A stretch of 64,000 bases of DNA from an uncultured delta proteobacterium (GTDB taxonomy: Bacteria > Desulfobacterota > RBG-13-43-22). Each line of letters starts with the position of its first letter. The stretch's first letter is position 1. Made by a program: the position numbers and the translations under genes. The notes under the pieces were generated by a model. That model did not search any database and had not been told where the DNA came from. It worked only from the letters and a program-made list of their open reading frames with translations. Shown one piece after another: positions 21,866-31,586 of the stretch. The DNA lies in contig CAVUPH010000032.1 of assembly GCA_963743305.1 (NCBI GenBank), positions 32,001 to 96,000 of the forward strand, given 5' to 3'.

Positions 21866-23179
21866 ATGGTGAAAATGTGGAGACCAGAGTTAGAGACCTT
21901 ACCCAGGGAAGAATTTGAGAAAAGACAACTGCGGCTCTTTAGAAAACAGATGAAGTATGTTATTGACCAAAGTCCGTTTTACCGGAGAAAATATCAAGAA
22001 GCAGGGGTGAAACCCGGTGATATTAAATGCCTGGAGGATGTTAGAAAAGTGCCTTTTACGACCAAACAGGAATTACTGAAATCGCAGGAAGATCATCCGA
22101 TCTTCGGAGATTTCCCCTGTATACCTGCGGAGGCGGCCACCAGGGTTTTTCAGACTTCGGGGACAACCGGGACCCCTTTAAAAGTCCCCTATAGCAAGAA
22201 AGACTGGTTCCGGATCTGTTACGAGCAGTTCAGCTATTTCCTTTATGGATACGGTATCGAGAGCCGGGACGTCGTTTTTTTTCCTTTTATGTATGGGCTG
22301 TTCATCGCCTGGTGGGGAATCCAGGCGGCCATGGAGCAGCATCAGGTTACCATCGTGCCGGGGGGTGGACAGACTTCAGAAACACGGTTGCGGAGCATCA
22401 TTGACTGGAACGCTACCGTGGTCTGCGGGACTCCGACCTACATACTCTTTCTCGGCGAACTGGCCAAGAAGATCGGGATCGATCTACCAAATTCCAAGGT
22501 GCGGATGGTCATTACCGCAGGCGAACCGGGAGCGCAGGTTCCGGCCACCAAGAAGCTGGTTGAGCAACTCTGGGGGGCCAAAAATTATGACGACATTGGC
22601 AGTACCGAGATTACGAACTTTGGCTATGAATGTGTCCGGCAACAAGGGACCCATTTAAATGAGATTATGTTCCTGCCCGAATCTTTGGACCTGAAAACAG
22701 GAAGCCCGGCAACGGCCGGTGAAGTAGGCGAATTGGTGTTATCCAATCTCTATTGTGAGAGTGCTCCGCTGTTGCGTTATAAAACCGGGGACCTGGTCCG
22801 ATTCAATTATGACCCCTGCGATTGCGGGAGAACGTTTCTACGGATGGATGGAGGTGTTATCGGCAGGGCTGATGACATGTTTCATTTCGGGGGGGTTAAC
22901 ATTTTTCCATCGGCGATTGAAAATTTCATTAGAAGGGTACCGGAATTTTCCAATGAATACCAATTGGTAGTCCCGCCCCCCGGATCGGGGAAAAGACTGC
23001 GCATTCGGGTCGAACCGGCCTCTGAAGGTCTACCGGAGGATCGGCTACAAACAGCGATAAAGGGATTCATAAACGAGGTTGTGTACAACATAAAGATCAC
23101 TCCTGAGGTTGAACTGGCCAAGCCGAATAGCTTGGTAAGATTCGAGGGAAAGGCCAGAAGGCTGATCAGGGAGAATTAG
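21866..23179 (+). CDS. Phenylacetate-CoA ligase family (PaaK-like) aryl-CoA ligase
   Basis: TSGTTG, AGEPG, GSTEI, RYKTGD, CDCGRT, GRADDM..GVNIFPS, GKARR. Confidence 0.88.
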   Translation: MVKMWRPELETLPREEFEKRQLRLFRKQMKYVIDQSPFYRRKYQEAGVKPGDIKCLEDVRKVPFTTKQELLKSQEDHPIFGDFPCIPAEAATRVFQTSGTTGTPLKVPYSKKDWFRICYEQFSYFLYGYGIESRDVVFFPFMYGLFIAWWGIQAAMEQHQVTIVPGGGQTSETRLRSIIDWNATVVCGTPTYILFLGELAKKIGIDLPNSKVRMVITAGEPGAQVPATKKLVEQLWGAKNYDDIGSTEITNFGYECVRQQGTHLNEIMFLPESLDLKTGSPATAGEVGELVLSNLYCESAPLLRYKTGDLVRFNYDPCDCGRTFLRMDGGVIGRADDMFHFGGVNIFPSAIENFIRRVPEFSNEYQLVVPPPGSGKRLRIRVEPASEGLPEDRLQTAIKGFINEVVYNIKITPEVELAKPNSLVRFEGKARRLIREN

Positions 23180-23253
23180 GGTCAGCGCCAACGTAGCTTG
23201 GCCCGGTATTCTTCTCTGATAAGAAAACAGTAAATTAAATCAAGGGGGTATTG

Positions 23254-23742
23254 ATGGGACCGATTAATAAAATAATGGCGGCTGTCGATTTTTCCGATTA
23301 TTCCAAGGCTACCCTTAAGTACGCGGCCCTTTTAGCCAGTTCCGTGAACGCCACGCTGCTGGTAGCCAACATCATCAACCATCGGGACGTGGAAGCCATC
23401 CGCGCGGTGGAAGATGAGGGATTAGGGCTTTCGGTGGAAAAATTTATCGCCAGGCAGAAGCAGGACCGAGAAACCGAGATCGATCAATTATTGACAGAGA
23501 GCAGTTGTCAGAATCTGAATGTTGTCCGGATCTTCCGCGTCGGGGTTCCCTGGGTGGAACTGCTGGAGATCGTCAAGGATCAGGGAGTGGATTTAGTGGT
23601 CATGGGGACCAAGGGTCGAACCAATATTGTCAATACCCTGTTTGGGTCCACGGCGGAAAAGGTCTTTCGCCGTTGCCCGGTGCCCATCCTCTCTGTCAGG
23701 GGGAAGGAGCATGAAACGATCGCCTGTTCCCGCACGTTTTAG
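23254..23742 (+). CDS. Universal stress protein
   Basis: [35 protein letters not shown]. Confidence 0.93.
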   Translation: MGPINKIMAAVDFSDYSKATLKYAALLASSVNATLLVANIINHRDVEAIRAVEDEGLGLSVEKFIARQKQDRETEIDQLLTESSCQNLNVVRIFRVGVPWVELLEIVKDQGVDLVVMGTKGRTNIVNTLFGSTAEKVFRRCPVPILSVRGKEHETIACSRTF

Positions 23743-23843
23743 TGCGAAAATAGCTTTTACCTACGCGGACCATCGAACGGGTTCTCAGTCGCTAAGGCTT
23801 GACGGATAATTCTGTCCAAGGGATTTTGACGGGTATCACCTGA

Positions 23844-24350
23844 TCATTCCACTCCTTGCAATATTTTCAATTCTTCCTCGCCGACCACTTCCAGCAACAC
23901 CTCTCCCACCGCCTGGGCGCACTCCCCCACGAAACGGGTACACTCGTCCCGTCGGCCGTCCACCCGGCGGGCTTTCACATCTTCCGGGTCATACCAGTTA
24001 CAGTTCGATATGGTCCGGCAACGGGTATCGCCGTATTTTTTTTCCGCCGAGGTCTTCAACCGGTCATACACTTTCCTGACCGTGGACGCCAGCCGGGCAT
24101 CCTCCATTTCATCCAGGCCGGCCCGTCCAAAAAGACAGCCGACGACTTGGGCAGCCCCGGCAATGGCTCCGCAGAGGTCTCCCCGATAGCAGCCGCCGGT
24201 CAATCCGGCCATGGCCCGGATAGCCGCATCCTTTTCCTCTTCGCCGATCATTTCCAGACCCACGGTCAGGATGGCCTGGGCTCAATAAATGTCCCGGGCA
24301 AACAGATCCATGGCTTTTTCTCGCATAGCTTCCGGCGTTACCATACCCAT
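23844..24350 (-). CDS. C_GCAxxG_C_C family redox-active protein, probable selenoprotein (UGA at 24282-24284)
   Basis: GGAGGT RBS, then ATG 24350 reads MGMVTPEAMREKAMDLFARDIY-UGA-AQAIL, in frame with the annotated ORF (GG...GDLCGAIAG, TRC, C). The UGA occupies the conserved first Cys of the CAQA motif. Confidence 0.8.
24253..24271 (-). promoter_or_regulatory. Candidate bacterial SECIS hairpin
   Basis: mRNA UCC-U-GACC-GUG-GGUC-U-GGA begins 10 nt after the UGA and has a G-containing apical loop. Confidence 0.55.
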
Positions 24351-24424
24351 TGATCTACCTCCGAAAAAAGGCGCCGGAAGCATACTCCCGGCGCCCTGTT
24401 TTATAATGAATCCGTTTCTTTCGC

Positions 24425-25102
24425 TTATTGGAGAACTTTCAGTATCCATTCTTCCATTTCATCCATTTCCCGCCCGAATAGTTGCCGTAAATTTTGAAAA
24501 ATGCGCTCGTAGCCGGCGACCTGTCTCTCCAATTCTCCCACCTGTTGAGTCAACTGTTGAACATACAAAAAGGAACTCCGGCCCATAGCCAACAAGTCGT
24601 CCTTTTTGCCTGGTGGGATCGTACGTTGGGCCGCCGCCTTTTTAACGGTCTTTTTCAAGCTCTTTTTTTCAACCGGCCCCGGTTTTCGTCCCGGCGCCTT
24701 TCCGGCCGCCTTTTTTTCAACCGCGGTCTTCTTCTTGGATCTCGGTTTCTTAACTTTTCCCGCCAGGGCCGGGGTTTCGGGTTGGGCCGCCAGGTCGCTT
24801 TCCGTGATCTGCACCTTGCCGAAATCCCGAGTTAAACATTTATCCAAAACGGGCAGCGTAATCTCTTTAACGATGGGCAGGACCGCACCGACAAAGGTCT
24901 TCCCTTTTTTGCCTTCAATGTAGCCATTTCCCAAAAGATTGGCCAGCAGGGTGGAATTATACCGTTTCAAGGTGGGCGGCAAATAAGCCCCTTTCAACTT
25001 TTTTTCCATAAAAAGCGCCAGCGCTTTAGTATCAATTTCGGTTTTCCCCTTCAGGTAATCCAACCAGAACTTCAAGTACTGCCGGCGATAATTTTTTTTC
25101 AT
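24425..25102 (-). CDS. Hypothetical basic protein (helical N-domain, Lys/Ala-rich linker, C-terminal coiled coil)
   Basis: GGAGG RBS upstream of MKKNYRRQ. KKPRSKKKTAVEKKAAGKAPGRKPG linker and LTQQVGELERQV coiled coil. Confidence 0.65.
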   Translation of the reverse strand: MKKNYRRQYLKFWLDYLKGKTEIDTKALALFMEKKLKGAYLPPTLKRYNSTLLANLLGNGYIEGKKGKTFVGAVLPIVKEITLPVLDKCLTRDFGKVQITESDLAAQPETPALAGKVKKPRSKKKTAVEKKAAGKAPGRKPGPVEKKSLKKTVKKAAAQRTIPPGKKDDLLAMGRSSFLYVQQLTQQVGELERQVAGYERIFQNLRQLFGREMDEMEEWILKVLQ

Positions 25103-25233
25103 CCCGCCATCCTCCCCATTAAAGGTGTGTTCCAATTCGCCCGGGTCTCTTCCGACTGAAGCCGAGAAAACCAGGAGGTTTCATTTTTTCAACAGGTTAT
25201 GTGAGCAGGAAAAAAAAGTCAAAGGTTTTTTCT

Positions 25234-26391
25234 TCAAACGCTTTGATCCACCAGTTCATTCAGAAAGGAGTCCACCCCCTGTGGATGGGTGGTCCGCACC
25301 TCCTCCACGGCCCGTTCAATTTTGTTACGCAGCACCAGGTCCTTCATGTCTTTCACCGAGCGGTAGGCGCCTCCCCGCCGTCCGAAGCGGTAAATCAATT
25401 TGTCTTCCGGCGAAAGAAAACGGTAGGCGTCTATAGCCGCCAACATCTTACCCTTGTCCTGAGGGAGCGTGCCGGAAACATCCTCCAACAGATTCATGAT
25501 ATGATCGGAAGTGACGGTACTCGAAATTCCTTCCAAGTGGTCGATCAGCAGACGAAGTTCTTCAGCCGCTTCGTCGTCGGTCAAGGGAACGAAGGAGCCC
25601 TCGGCCACGCGGGCGTAAAGGGGTACTCGGGGCGGGACCCGCAGCGAACGGACCCGGATAAAATCCGGGTCGATGGCATTCAACACCCGAGCCGTCTCCA
25701 AAGCGTGGTTCCGCCACAGTTCTTTTCCCCCCAACCCCGGCATGATATATTCGGATAAGGAGATCCCGGCCGCTTTGACCTTTTGTCCCGCCTCGATATG
25801 CTCGGCGGCGGTGACCCCTTTCTTCATCAGGGCCAAAACGGCGTCGGAACCGCTTTCCAGCCCGATGTGGACCCGATCCAGCCCTGCCAGACGCAGGGTC
25901 TTCAGGTCCTCCAACGATTTCCGGTTTAATGTCTTGGACCGGGCATAGGTGGTAATACGGTTGACCGGTGAAAGCTCCTGCCGTAGAAATTCCAGGATTT
26001 CTCTCAATTCTTTCGTGCCCAGAACCAGATTGTTGGCATCTTGGAGAAAAACATTATACTCCTGATAATACAGCCAGGCGGCCACGTTGCGATAGGCGTG
26101 GCTGTAGTCGGGTTGCTGAAAGACGTGCCCGATTACCTGATCATCCACTTCCCCGCCGGCCCCCAGCCGCCAGGAAAGGGAAACCAAATCCTCTTTGATT
26201 CTTTTGATGGTCCTGATATCTTCCTTGACCTCCTCTACCCCGCGCCGGGAGAATTCCTTTCCTTTGTATACCGGACAAAACAGGCACTGATTCCAGGAAC
26301 AGTTGCGAGTAACCCGAATTAAGAGGCTTTTGGCCTCATTGGGCGGACGAATAGGCCCTTGTTCAAAATCCAATTGGTTTGATTCTGCCAT
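25234..26391 (-). CDS. Radical SAM protein
   Basis: IRPPNEA, CSWNQCLFC (CxxxCxxC), GLESGSD, SDHIMN. Confidence 0.9.
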   Translation of the reverse strand: MAESNQLDFEQGPIRPPNEAKSLLIRVTRNCSWNQCLFCPVYKGKEFSRRGVEEVKEDIRTIKRIKEDLVSLSWRLGAGGEVDDQVIGHVFQQPDYSHAYRNVAAWLYYQEYNVFLQDANNLVLGTKELREILEFLRQELSPVNRITTYARSKTLNRKSLEDLKTLRLAGLDRVHIGLESGSDAVLALMKKGVTAAEHIEAGQKVKAAGISLSEYIMPGLGGKELWRNHALETARVLNAIDPDFIRVRSLRVPPRVPLYARVAEGSFVPLTDDEAAEELRLLIDHLEGISSTVTSDHIMNLLEDVSGTLPQDKGKMLAAIDAYRFLSPEDKLIYRFGRRGGAYRSVKDMKDLVLRNKIERAVEEVRTTHPQGVDSFLNELVDQSV

Positions 26392-26594
26392 GACGGCTCC
26401 TTTTTTTTACGCTTTGCCCTTTGGGTGAGTCTCCCCCATCGCCGGCCTGGCCGCCCCGGGTCTCTGGAAAAGGGATTTCCGAAGACCCTCACGACCCCGA
26501 ATCAGGCCGTAGACATCCGCCCAAAAGTATGAAAAACTGTATAGATATACTAATCACTTATTCCCATTTTGACAACCGTGTTATACTATCTCGC

Positions 26595-28691
26595 ATGCCA
26601 CGCCGCTCGCTTCTCTTTTTGATTACGCTCTCGGCGCTCTTCCTCACTTTTCTGGCGGTTCAATACCGGGAGAGCCGGCTTCCCTGGAAGAAAATCCAGG
26701 GTCTATCCCGGAAGTCCCCTCAAGTCCGGGAGCTCTATCTACCCCACTGGAAAATTCGGGAACGGTGTCTGACCTGTCATTTAGGTATTGAAGAGATTTC
26801 CTCCTCTCATCCCATCTCCACCTTCGGTTGCACCATCTGCCACGGGGGGAACGGCCTGGCTCTGGAAAAGGATCTCGCCCATCAAAATCTTCGGGGAGGA
26901 TCCAATCCCGCGGATTTTCGAGTGGTCCACTTAACCTGTGGTCGCCGGGCCCCGGATGGAACCCGCTGCCATGCCGGGCATCCGGAAAAGGAAAAAAACC
27001 CGGCCTTTAACGCCCCCAGGACCCTGATGGCCACCATGGCCGGGGTTATCGCCGGGCTCCGATACACCTGGGGGGCTCAGGAACGGCCCGAGGCCCGGTA
27101 TGGTTCCCTGGGCGTCGCAGGAGAAGACAAGAGCCTGGAAACCATCCCCGTCTTTGACCGTTTTTCTTTTCGCCTGGATCCGCGGGGGAAACCCTGGTCC
27201 CTGGATGACCGGGGACGCCCCATCAAAACCTCCGGCCAACTGGCCGACGATCACTGGCGAAAATTCTGCAGCCACTGCCATCTTTACAGTCAACGGGATT
27301 CAGGGCCCAGCGCCCACGGAGGCGGATGTGTTTCCTGTCACGTGGCCCGCAACACCCACGGCACTTACGAAGGCCAGGATCGGACCTTGTCCCGGAATAA
27401 ACCCGGATACGGGCGGGTCCATCGCTTCCAGACCGCCATCCCCTCTTCCCAGTGTCTGCGGTGCCACAACCGGAGCGGGCGCATCGGAATGACCTATTCC
27501 GGCCTGATGGAATCCGATCAATACGGGACCCCCTACCAAGCCGGAAATTTGAATGCCGCGCGGCTGAGCGGAGATCGGTTCGTCCTGCACCTGACCCCGG
27601 ATATTCACTTTGAGAAAGGAATGCACTGCCTCGATTGCCATCTGGCCCGGGAGATTATGGGGGAGGGGAAAATCTATTTCCGGATGAACCAGCAGGTGGA
27701 GGTCCGCTGTCAGGACTGTCACGGCACCGAAAAAGCCCCCCCGCGAACCTACACCCTCCGTTCCCCAACGGACCCGCTGATCTGGGCCGCGGCCTATACC
27801 CGGATTCCTCCTTTGAAACCGGGAGATCGCCTCTTGGTTTCATCCCGGGGCCAACCATTCTCCAATATACGGCAGGAAAAGGGGGAATGGGTGCTGTACG
27901 GCAAGGTGGATGGCCGGCGGCATCCCCTCAAAATCATTACCGCCCGCCCGGGGGTCCACACCTTCCCCGGCCACAGTTCCTCCCGCTTCGAGTGCTTTGG
28001 TTGTCATTCCCGCTGGGCGCCTCAATGCTACGGCTGCCACGACTATCGCCGGGCCAACGAAAAACAGACCGATGTCATGCAGCGAACGCCCACGCCGGGA
28101 TTATGGCAGGAAACTCGCGATTATTATCGTTTTGAAGATCCGCCCTTGGGGATCAACCAGCGGTCCAAGGTTTCCCCTTTCATGCCCGGCTGCCAGGTCC
28201 TGTTGACCCAATTGGGGTCGGATAACCGGCCGTTACCCGGCTGGGAAAGGCGGATCTACCGCCGGGAGGGTTTTTCCGGTATTGTTTCCGGCCCCATCAA
28301 TCCCCACTCCACCCGGAAGGAGGTCCGTTCCTGCCCGGAATGCCACCAGAACCCCAAGGCTTTAGGGTTGGGGAACGGCCTCTTCAGCCCGGGGCCCCGA
28401 TTCCGGGATAACCGGCATCAGCCTCTTTTGGGGGGAGAAAAGGGCTTTCCCTATTCCTGGGAGTCCCTAATTACCCCGAACGGCCGCCCGCTGCAATCCA
28501 CCTCCCGGCCGGGCGCTCGTCCTTTTCTTCCGGAAGAGCTAGAAAAGATTCTTCGGGTGAGCCCCTGCTTGCCCTGCCATGATTCCTATGGGGATCCCAT
28601 TTACCAAGACCTGGAAAAAAGTTATCGGCTCGACCGGGAGGAAAAGCATCGGGCGGTGGTCCGCCAATACCAACAGTACTTGCCGAAATGA
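26595..28691 (+). CDS. Multiheme c-type cytochrome (11 CxxCH plus one CX9CH), N-terminal TM anchor
   Basis: CLTCH, CTICH, CSHCH, CVSCH, CLRCH, CLDCH, CQDCH, CFGCH, CYGCH, CPECH, CLPCH. Start placed at MPRRSLLFL. Confidence 0.9.
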   Translation: MPRRSLLFLITLSALFLTFLAVQYRESRLPWKKIQGLSRKSPQVRELYLPHWKIRERCLTCHLGIEEISSSHPISTFGCTICHGGNGLALEKDLAHQNLRGGSNPADFRVVHLTCGRRAPDGTRCHAGHPEKEKNPAFNAPRTLMATMAGVIAGLRYTWGAQERPEARYGSLGVAGEDKSLETIPVFDRFSFRLDPRGKPWSLDDRGRPIKTSGQLADDHWRKFCSHCHLYSQRDSGPSAHGGGCVSCHVARNTHGTYEGQDRTLSRNKPGYGRVHRFQTAIPSSQCLRCHNRSGRIGMTYSGLMESDQYGTPYQAGNLNAARLSGDRFVLHLTPDIHFEKGMHCLDCHLAREIMGEGKIYFRMNQQVEVRCQDCHGTEKAPPRTYTLRSPTDPLIWAAAYTRIPPLKPGDRLLVSSRGQPFSNIRQEKGEWVLYGKVDGRRHPLKIITARPGVHTFPGHSSSRFECFGCHSRWAPQCYGCHDYRRANEKQTDVMQRTPTPGLWQETRDYYRFEDPPLGINQRSKVSPFMPGCQVLLTQLGSDNRPLPGWERRIYRREGFSGIVSGPINPHSTRKEVRSCPECHQNPKALGLGNGLFSPGPRFRDNRHQPLLGGEKGFPYSWESLITPNGRPLQSTSRPGARPFLPEELEKILRVSPCLPCHDSYGDPIYQDLEKSYRLDREEKHRAVVRQYQQYLPK

Positions 28692-30598
28692 AACGCTGGA
28701 TTCCCATAGCCCTGGCCTTGCCGGCCTTCCTTTTTATTAGTACCGGGCGGCCCTTGACGACCGGATCCGGCTGTCTCTCCTGCCACCAGGGGATCGAATC
28801 TCCGGGGAAAGCGCACCAATTTCCCTGTGGGCGGTGCCACGGGGGAGACGCCAAGGCCGACAGCAAAAAAGATGCCCATCAGGGCTTGATCCCCAACCCT
28901 TCCTCCCTGGATCAGGCCCCGCAACGCTGCGGCCCCTGCCATCGGGACCAGGTCCGGCGGGTTCGAGGCTCCCTGATGGCCACCTCGGCCGGGGAAATCA
29001 ATCCGACCCGGTATCTCTGGGGGGCCCAGCCGAAGGAACAGAAACCTTATTTGAATCACCCCCTGGAGGGATACGCGGGGATCCCGGATCCCAAACAGAG
29101 TGGACAAGGGGTTGATGACCTCCTCCGCCGCCGCTGCCTGCGCTGTCACTTGAATACCCGGGGGATGGGCCGGTACGGAGACTGGCGGGCGGAAGGTTGC
29201 GCCGCCTGCCACCTGCCCTATGGGCCGGACGGCCTCAGCCAGAGCCGGGACCGAGCCATCCAGCCCCTGATGAATGAAATCCGTCAGGGAAAACGGCCTC
29301 AGCCTAGGGGATATCCCCTGAAGCATCGGTTTTCCCGGACCATCCCGACCACCCAATGCCTGACCTGTCACAACGGCCACCGCGTGGGCATGGATTATGT
29401 CGGCCTGGCGGAGCGGGATTACGAAGCCAGCTACCGCTTCAATGCCCTGGACGGCGAATCCCCTTCCTTGATCTACGGCTTCGACCCCCGCCGGATGCCC
29501 CCGGATATTCACCAGGAGCGGGGCTTAGTCTGCATCGATTGCCACAACGGGCGGGAGGTCATGGGGCACGGAGGAGTGGCCCGGCAGTCAGGAGATCAGG
29601 TAACCATCCGTTGTCAGGATTGTCACGGCACACCCGACAGCGGGCCGAAAACGAAAATTCCACTACCTTCGACTGGGGGAAAGAGAGGAATCAACGGGGA
29701 GATCGTTGTGGATTCACGGGGTCACCCTTTGTCCCACATACGCCGGGACGCGAAGGAAACGATCCTGATCTCCAAGTGGACCGGGCAAAGGCATCGGATT
29801 CCCACCCTGAACGGCCCGGCCATCCCGGTGGAGCACCGTATCCCCGAGCATATCCAAAAAATGGAATGCCATAGTTGCCACGCCTTCTGGAGCTACCAGG
29901 ACTTCGGTCTTCATCTGATCCGGGAGGATCGGGCCGATTATCAAAAATGGGCCGCTTTATGGATGCAAAACGATCCCCAGGTCCAGACCCTGTTGCGGCG
30001 CAACCTGCCGCTGAAACCGGAACAGCGGACCGTTCCCCGGGCCCGGGACTTCATCGATGGGTCTTTACGCGCCGGCATCTGGTATGCAGGATTCTCCTAT
30101 CGCCGGTTGGAGTCCCCCATCTACGGTCTCAATCCCAGGGGTTTAACCAGCGTCTTTCGCCCTTTCCACCAGTTTGTAGCCAGTCAGGTGGATGCCGCCG
30201 GGAAGGTCTTGATGGACAGCCGAATCATGAGGACCACGGACGGGAGGCCCGGTTTAGGGTTTAACCCTTACGCCCCTCACACCATTCGCCGGCCCACCCG
30301 GCCCTGCGAGGCCTGCCACCTGAATCCCCGGGCTGTCGGCTTGGGGAACCGAATCGCACCGGCTAAAAACGGTCAAGGGAATAAATGGTCCCTCCCCCTG
30401 ACCTTTCCCCAAAAAGACGGCGTGCCCATCGATTTTGAGTGGGAGGCGCTGGTCGATCTGGACGGGAACCCGTTGCAGACCCAGACCCGTGCCGGCGCCC
30501 GGCCTTACAATCGACGGGAGATCAAAGGATTGCTGACGAAATCCAAGGCTTATAAAGGCTGGTACACCCGGTATTTTCAGGAGAAGGGATTGTATTGA
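28688..30598 (+). CDS. Multiheme c-type cytochrome (10 CxxCH), paralog of the upstream gene
   Basis: Signal peptide and ten CxxCH motifs. Shares PDIH, C.DCH..RE.MG, RCQDCHGT and PH..R motifs. ATGA overlap with the upstream gene. Confidence 0.9.
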   Translation: MKRWIPIALALPAFLFISTGRPLTTGSGCLSCHQGIESPGKAHQFPCGRCHGGDAKADSKKDAHQGLIPNPSSLDQAPQRCGPCHRDQVRRVRGSLMATSAGEINPTRYLWGAQPKEQKPYLNHPLEGYAGIPDPKQSGQGVDDLLRRRCLRCHLNTRGMGRYGDWRAEGCAACHLPYGPDGLSQSRDRAIQPLMNEIRQGKRPQPRGYPLKHRFSRTIPTTQCLTCHNGHRVGMDYVGLAERDYEASYRFNALDGESPSLIYGFDPRRMPPDIHQERGLVCIDCHNGREVMGHGGVARQSGDQVTIRCQDCHGTPDSGPKTKIPLPSTGGKRGINGEIVVDSRGHPLSHIRRDAKETILISKWTGQRHRIPTLNGPAIPVEHRIPEHIQKMECHSCHAFWSYQDFGLHLIREDRADYQKWAALWMQNDPQVQTLLRRNLPLKPEQRTVPRARDFIDGSLRAGIWYAGFSYRRLESPIYGLNPRGLTSVFRPFHQFVASQVDAAGKVLMDSRIMRTTDGRPGLGFNPYAPHTIRRPTRPCEACHLNPRAVGLGNRIAPAKNGQGNKWSLPLTFPQKDGVPIDFEWEALVDLDGNPLQTQTRAGARPYNRREIKGLLTKSKAYKGWYTRYFQEKGLY

Positions 30599-30640
30599 GG
30601 CGCCGGTCTGGGGCAGGTAACTGCGAAGCATAAAAAAAAT

Positions 30641-30673
30641 GAACATCGAACATCGAACGTCCAACCTCGAATG
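30641..30673. repeat. Degenerate 7-mer tandem repeat (GAACATC)n
   Basis: GAACATC GAACATC GAACGTC CAACCTC GAATG between convergent genes. Confidence 0.7.
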
Positions 30674-30698
30674 AAAACCAAACCTCCAGTGGAGATTA

Positions 30699-31073
30699 TT
30701 ATCGCAGAAAACCATATACGGTAAGGACCGTGGCCGCTACCATTAACAGAATAAACAGGAAGGTGAAAACCCGAAGGGAAGAGACCGAGAGCCGTTCCTC
30801 CAGGGGCAGCAGGGCCAAAAAGGCCACGGCCGCCAGCGGTAGGACTACCCCGCCCCAAAGGGGGGAGATATATTGCAGCAGCACCTGGAGACCCACAAAG
30901 ATCCAGGGGGCTTTGACGGCCACCCCGGCCGGGGTCAACTCGCCGCCGGGAGCGGACAGGGGAGCGGTCAAGATCAAACTTGCCCAGCAAAGGACCGCCA
31001 GGGCGATCAGACCGGTAATAAATTCCTTGAATAAAAGCCGGTCCCGGGGTACCCTTTCAACATTCTTTTCCAT
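30699..31073 (-). CDS. Cytochrome b C-terminal / subunit IV (PetD/QcrC-like) membrane protein
   Basis: TM helix, APL..., VKAPWIFVGLQVLL (PEWY-equivalent), GGVVLP and two more TM helices. Confidence 0.7.
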   Translation of the reverse strand: MEKNVERVPRDRLLFKEFITGLIALAVLCWASLILTAPLSAPGGELTPAGVAVKAPWIFVGLQVLLQYISPLWGGVVLPLAAVAFLALLPLEERLSVSSLRVFTFLFILLMVAATVLTVYGFLR

Positions 31074-31103
31074 GGTAGATCATTATACCTTACTGACCGC
31101 CCG

Positions 31104-31586
31104 GTGAACAGCCCATTGTCGGCCCCCGATTCTCAACCGTCGCCTTCCCGGCGCCTTTTTCTAGGTCTCAGCGTCTTATTGGGAGGCGGGTCTCTTTATC
31201 TGCTGACCCGCGGCCTGATCGCTTTTATGGCTGGGCCGGGTTCATCCGATCCCCCGGCCCGATTTCCAGCGGCTACCCGGCAGGAATTAGAACGCCTTAA
31301 AACCCCCTGGAAATATTACCGGGGCGTCTGGTTGGTACGGGATGAAAGAGGCTGGTATGCGTTAAACAATCGCTGTACCCATCTGGGCTGCCAGCCGGCC
31401 CTGGACCCAAAATCCGGAGAACTGTGCTGCCCCTGTCACGGCAGCCGTTTCAATCTGCAGGGTCAGGTACTGCACGGTCCGGCCGTCAAACCTTTGTCCC
31501 GCTGGCTGCTGGTGCTGGGCCCCCGGGAAGAAATCTGGGTCGATACCCGGACCGAAGTGGATTCCGCTTTTCGCCTGCGCCTATGA
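31104..31586 (+). CDS. Rieske [2Fe-2S] protein
   Basis: Tat-like SRRLFL plus TM helix, with CTHLGC and CPCHGSRF boxes. Confidence 0.93.
   Translation: MNSPLSAPDSQPSPSRRLFLGLSVLLGGGSLYLLTRGLIAFMAGPGSSDPPARFPAATRQELERLKTPWKYYRGVWLVRDERGWYALNNRCTHLGCQPALDPKSGELCCPCHGSRFNLQGQVLHGPAVKPLSRWLLVLGPREEIWVDTRTEVDSAFRLRL

Noticed and set aside
30641-30673. Short tandem repeats here and at 61149-61228 as a CRISPR array
   Set aside because: Units are 7-8 bp and degenerate, with no spacers and no cas genes in the window.
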